Positions 18,443-19,420 of a DNA stretch of 19,420 nt are shown here, in pieces (position 1 is the first letter of the stretch; every line of letters starts with the position of its first letter). Made by a program: the position numbers and the translations under genes. Below the pieces are notes generated by a model. That model did not search any database. It saw only the letters and a program-made list of their open reading frames with translations, and had not been told where the DNA came from. Source of the stretch: Octopus sinensis (lineage: Eukaryota); assembly GCF_006345805.1 (NCBI RefSeq), contig NW_021824258.1, positions 1-19,420 of the forward strand, in the 5' to 3' direction.

Positions 18443-19126
18443 CCTTGTGCTTAGATTAGAAAGGATTATTATTATCATTATTATTAAGGCAGCGAGCTAG
18501 CAGAATCGTTAGCGCGCTGAGTAAAATGCTTAGTGGCATTTCATCTGTCTGTCTTAAAGACATTCTAAGTTCAAATTCCACCAAGGTCGACTTTGGCTTC
18601 AACCTTTCAGTGTTGATAAACTTAAGTACCATTACGCACTGGGGTTGTATGTAATCAACTGCCCCCCTCCCCAAATTTCAGACCTTGTGCCCTATAGTTG
18701 AAAAGATTACCATTATTATTGTTATGGTGGTGATCTGCAGAATTGTTAGCACACCAGGCAAATGCTTCATGATATTTTTCATCTGTCGCTTACGTTCTGA
18801 GTTTCAAATTATACCAAGGTCAACTTTGCCTTTCAATCCTTTTTTTTTTTTTTGGAGTGGGGGGGGTCAATGAAATAAGTACCAGTTACACATTGGGTCG
18901 ATGTAATCAACTTATTCTCCTCCCCGCCAAATTCAAATTTCAGGCTTTGTGCCTATAGTAAAAAGGATTATTATTATTATTATTATATTATTTTAATTAT
19001 TATTATTTTATTATTATTATTATTATTATTATTAAGACAGTGAGCTGGCAGCAATGTTAGCCCCATCTGCCAAAATGCTAGGCAGCATTTTTGTCTGTCT
19101 ACATTCTGTTTTCAGATTCCACCAGG
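18443..19126 (+). mobile_element. Head-to-tail SINE family B run joined by (ATT)n: tail 18443-18485, copy 18486-18720, copy 18725-19033, head 19034-19126
   Basis: Each head (AAGGCAGCGAGCTAGCAGAATCGTTAGC and variants) starts directly after the previous ...GAAA(A/G)GATTATT tail. Confidence 0.9.
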
Positions 19127-19233
19127 CTACATATTTTCTGAGCTAGGAGAACTTTGGAAGCAATAATTACTAACCAAGGGGTACTCACTAGCTACTATGT
19201 GTGTGTTGTGTGTTGTGTGTGTGTATGCATGCA

Positions 19234-19420
19234 CCACAGAGGCTATGACGAAAGAACCGAGACCGTCTGGAGATATGCTGTGACTTCGAAGAACCCGACA
19301 ATGAAGTAGTTCATGGCTCGCAGGACGGCCTGCTGTGCTAACCTTGGATCATAGAGTGACCCGCTGTTCTTGAGGAGACCTGTTGAGTCAAGTACGTCAA
19401 CATGTAGTTAAGACACACCA
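19234..19420 (+). mobile_element. RTE-like LINE 3' fragment (ORF2 C-terminus and start of 3' UTR), continuing beyond the window
   Basis: ACAGAGGCTATGACGAAAG (TEAMTK) then, after small indels, TGGAGATATGCTGTG (WRYAV, 19268-19282). It matches the MTKD*DMWHIAV remnant at 7750-7782 (-). Confidence 0.6.

Overview
Repeat-saturated, AT-rich eukaryotic non-coding DNA, either intronic or intergenic. The SINE families and microsatellite load resemble coleoid cephalopod (Octopus-like) genomes; that assignment comes from my recall of these repeats, not from a search. I found no intact host gene, and almost every ORF in the supplied track is a microsatellite translation artefact. Recognisable content: (i) a decayed Penelope-like element with a GIY-YIG endonuclease frame (13202-13912) and a hammerhead-like relic in its 3' region; (ii) the C-terminal half of a DD37D (maT-type) Tc1/mariner transposase with its right end (5315-5778); (iii) three 3' fragments of an RTE-like LINE, one with a 3'-UTR motif amplified into a ~33-copy 26-bp minisatellite with higher-order structure (6823-7690); (iv) three tRNA-derived SINE families with about 20 copies or fragments, including head-to-tail runs and two insertions with clear target-site duplications; (v) a Helentron/DINE-1-like 3' end; (vi) several more hammerhead-like motifs; (vii) many simple repeats.
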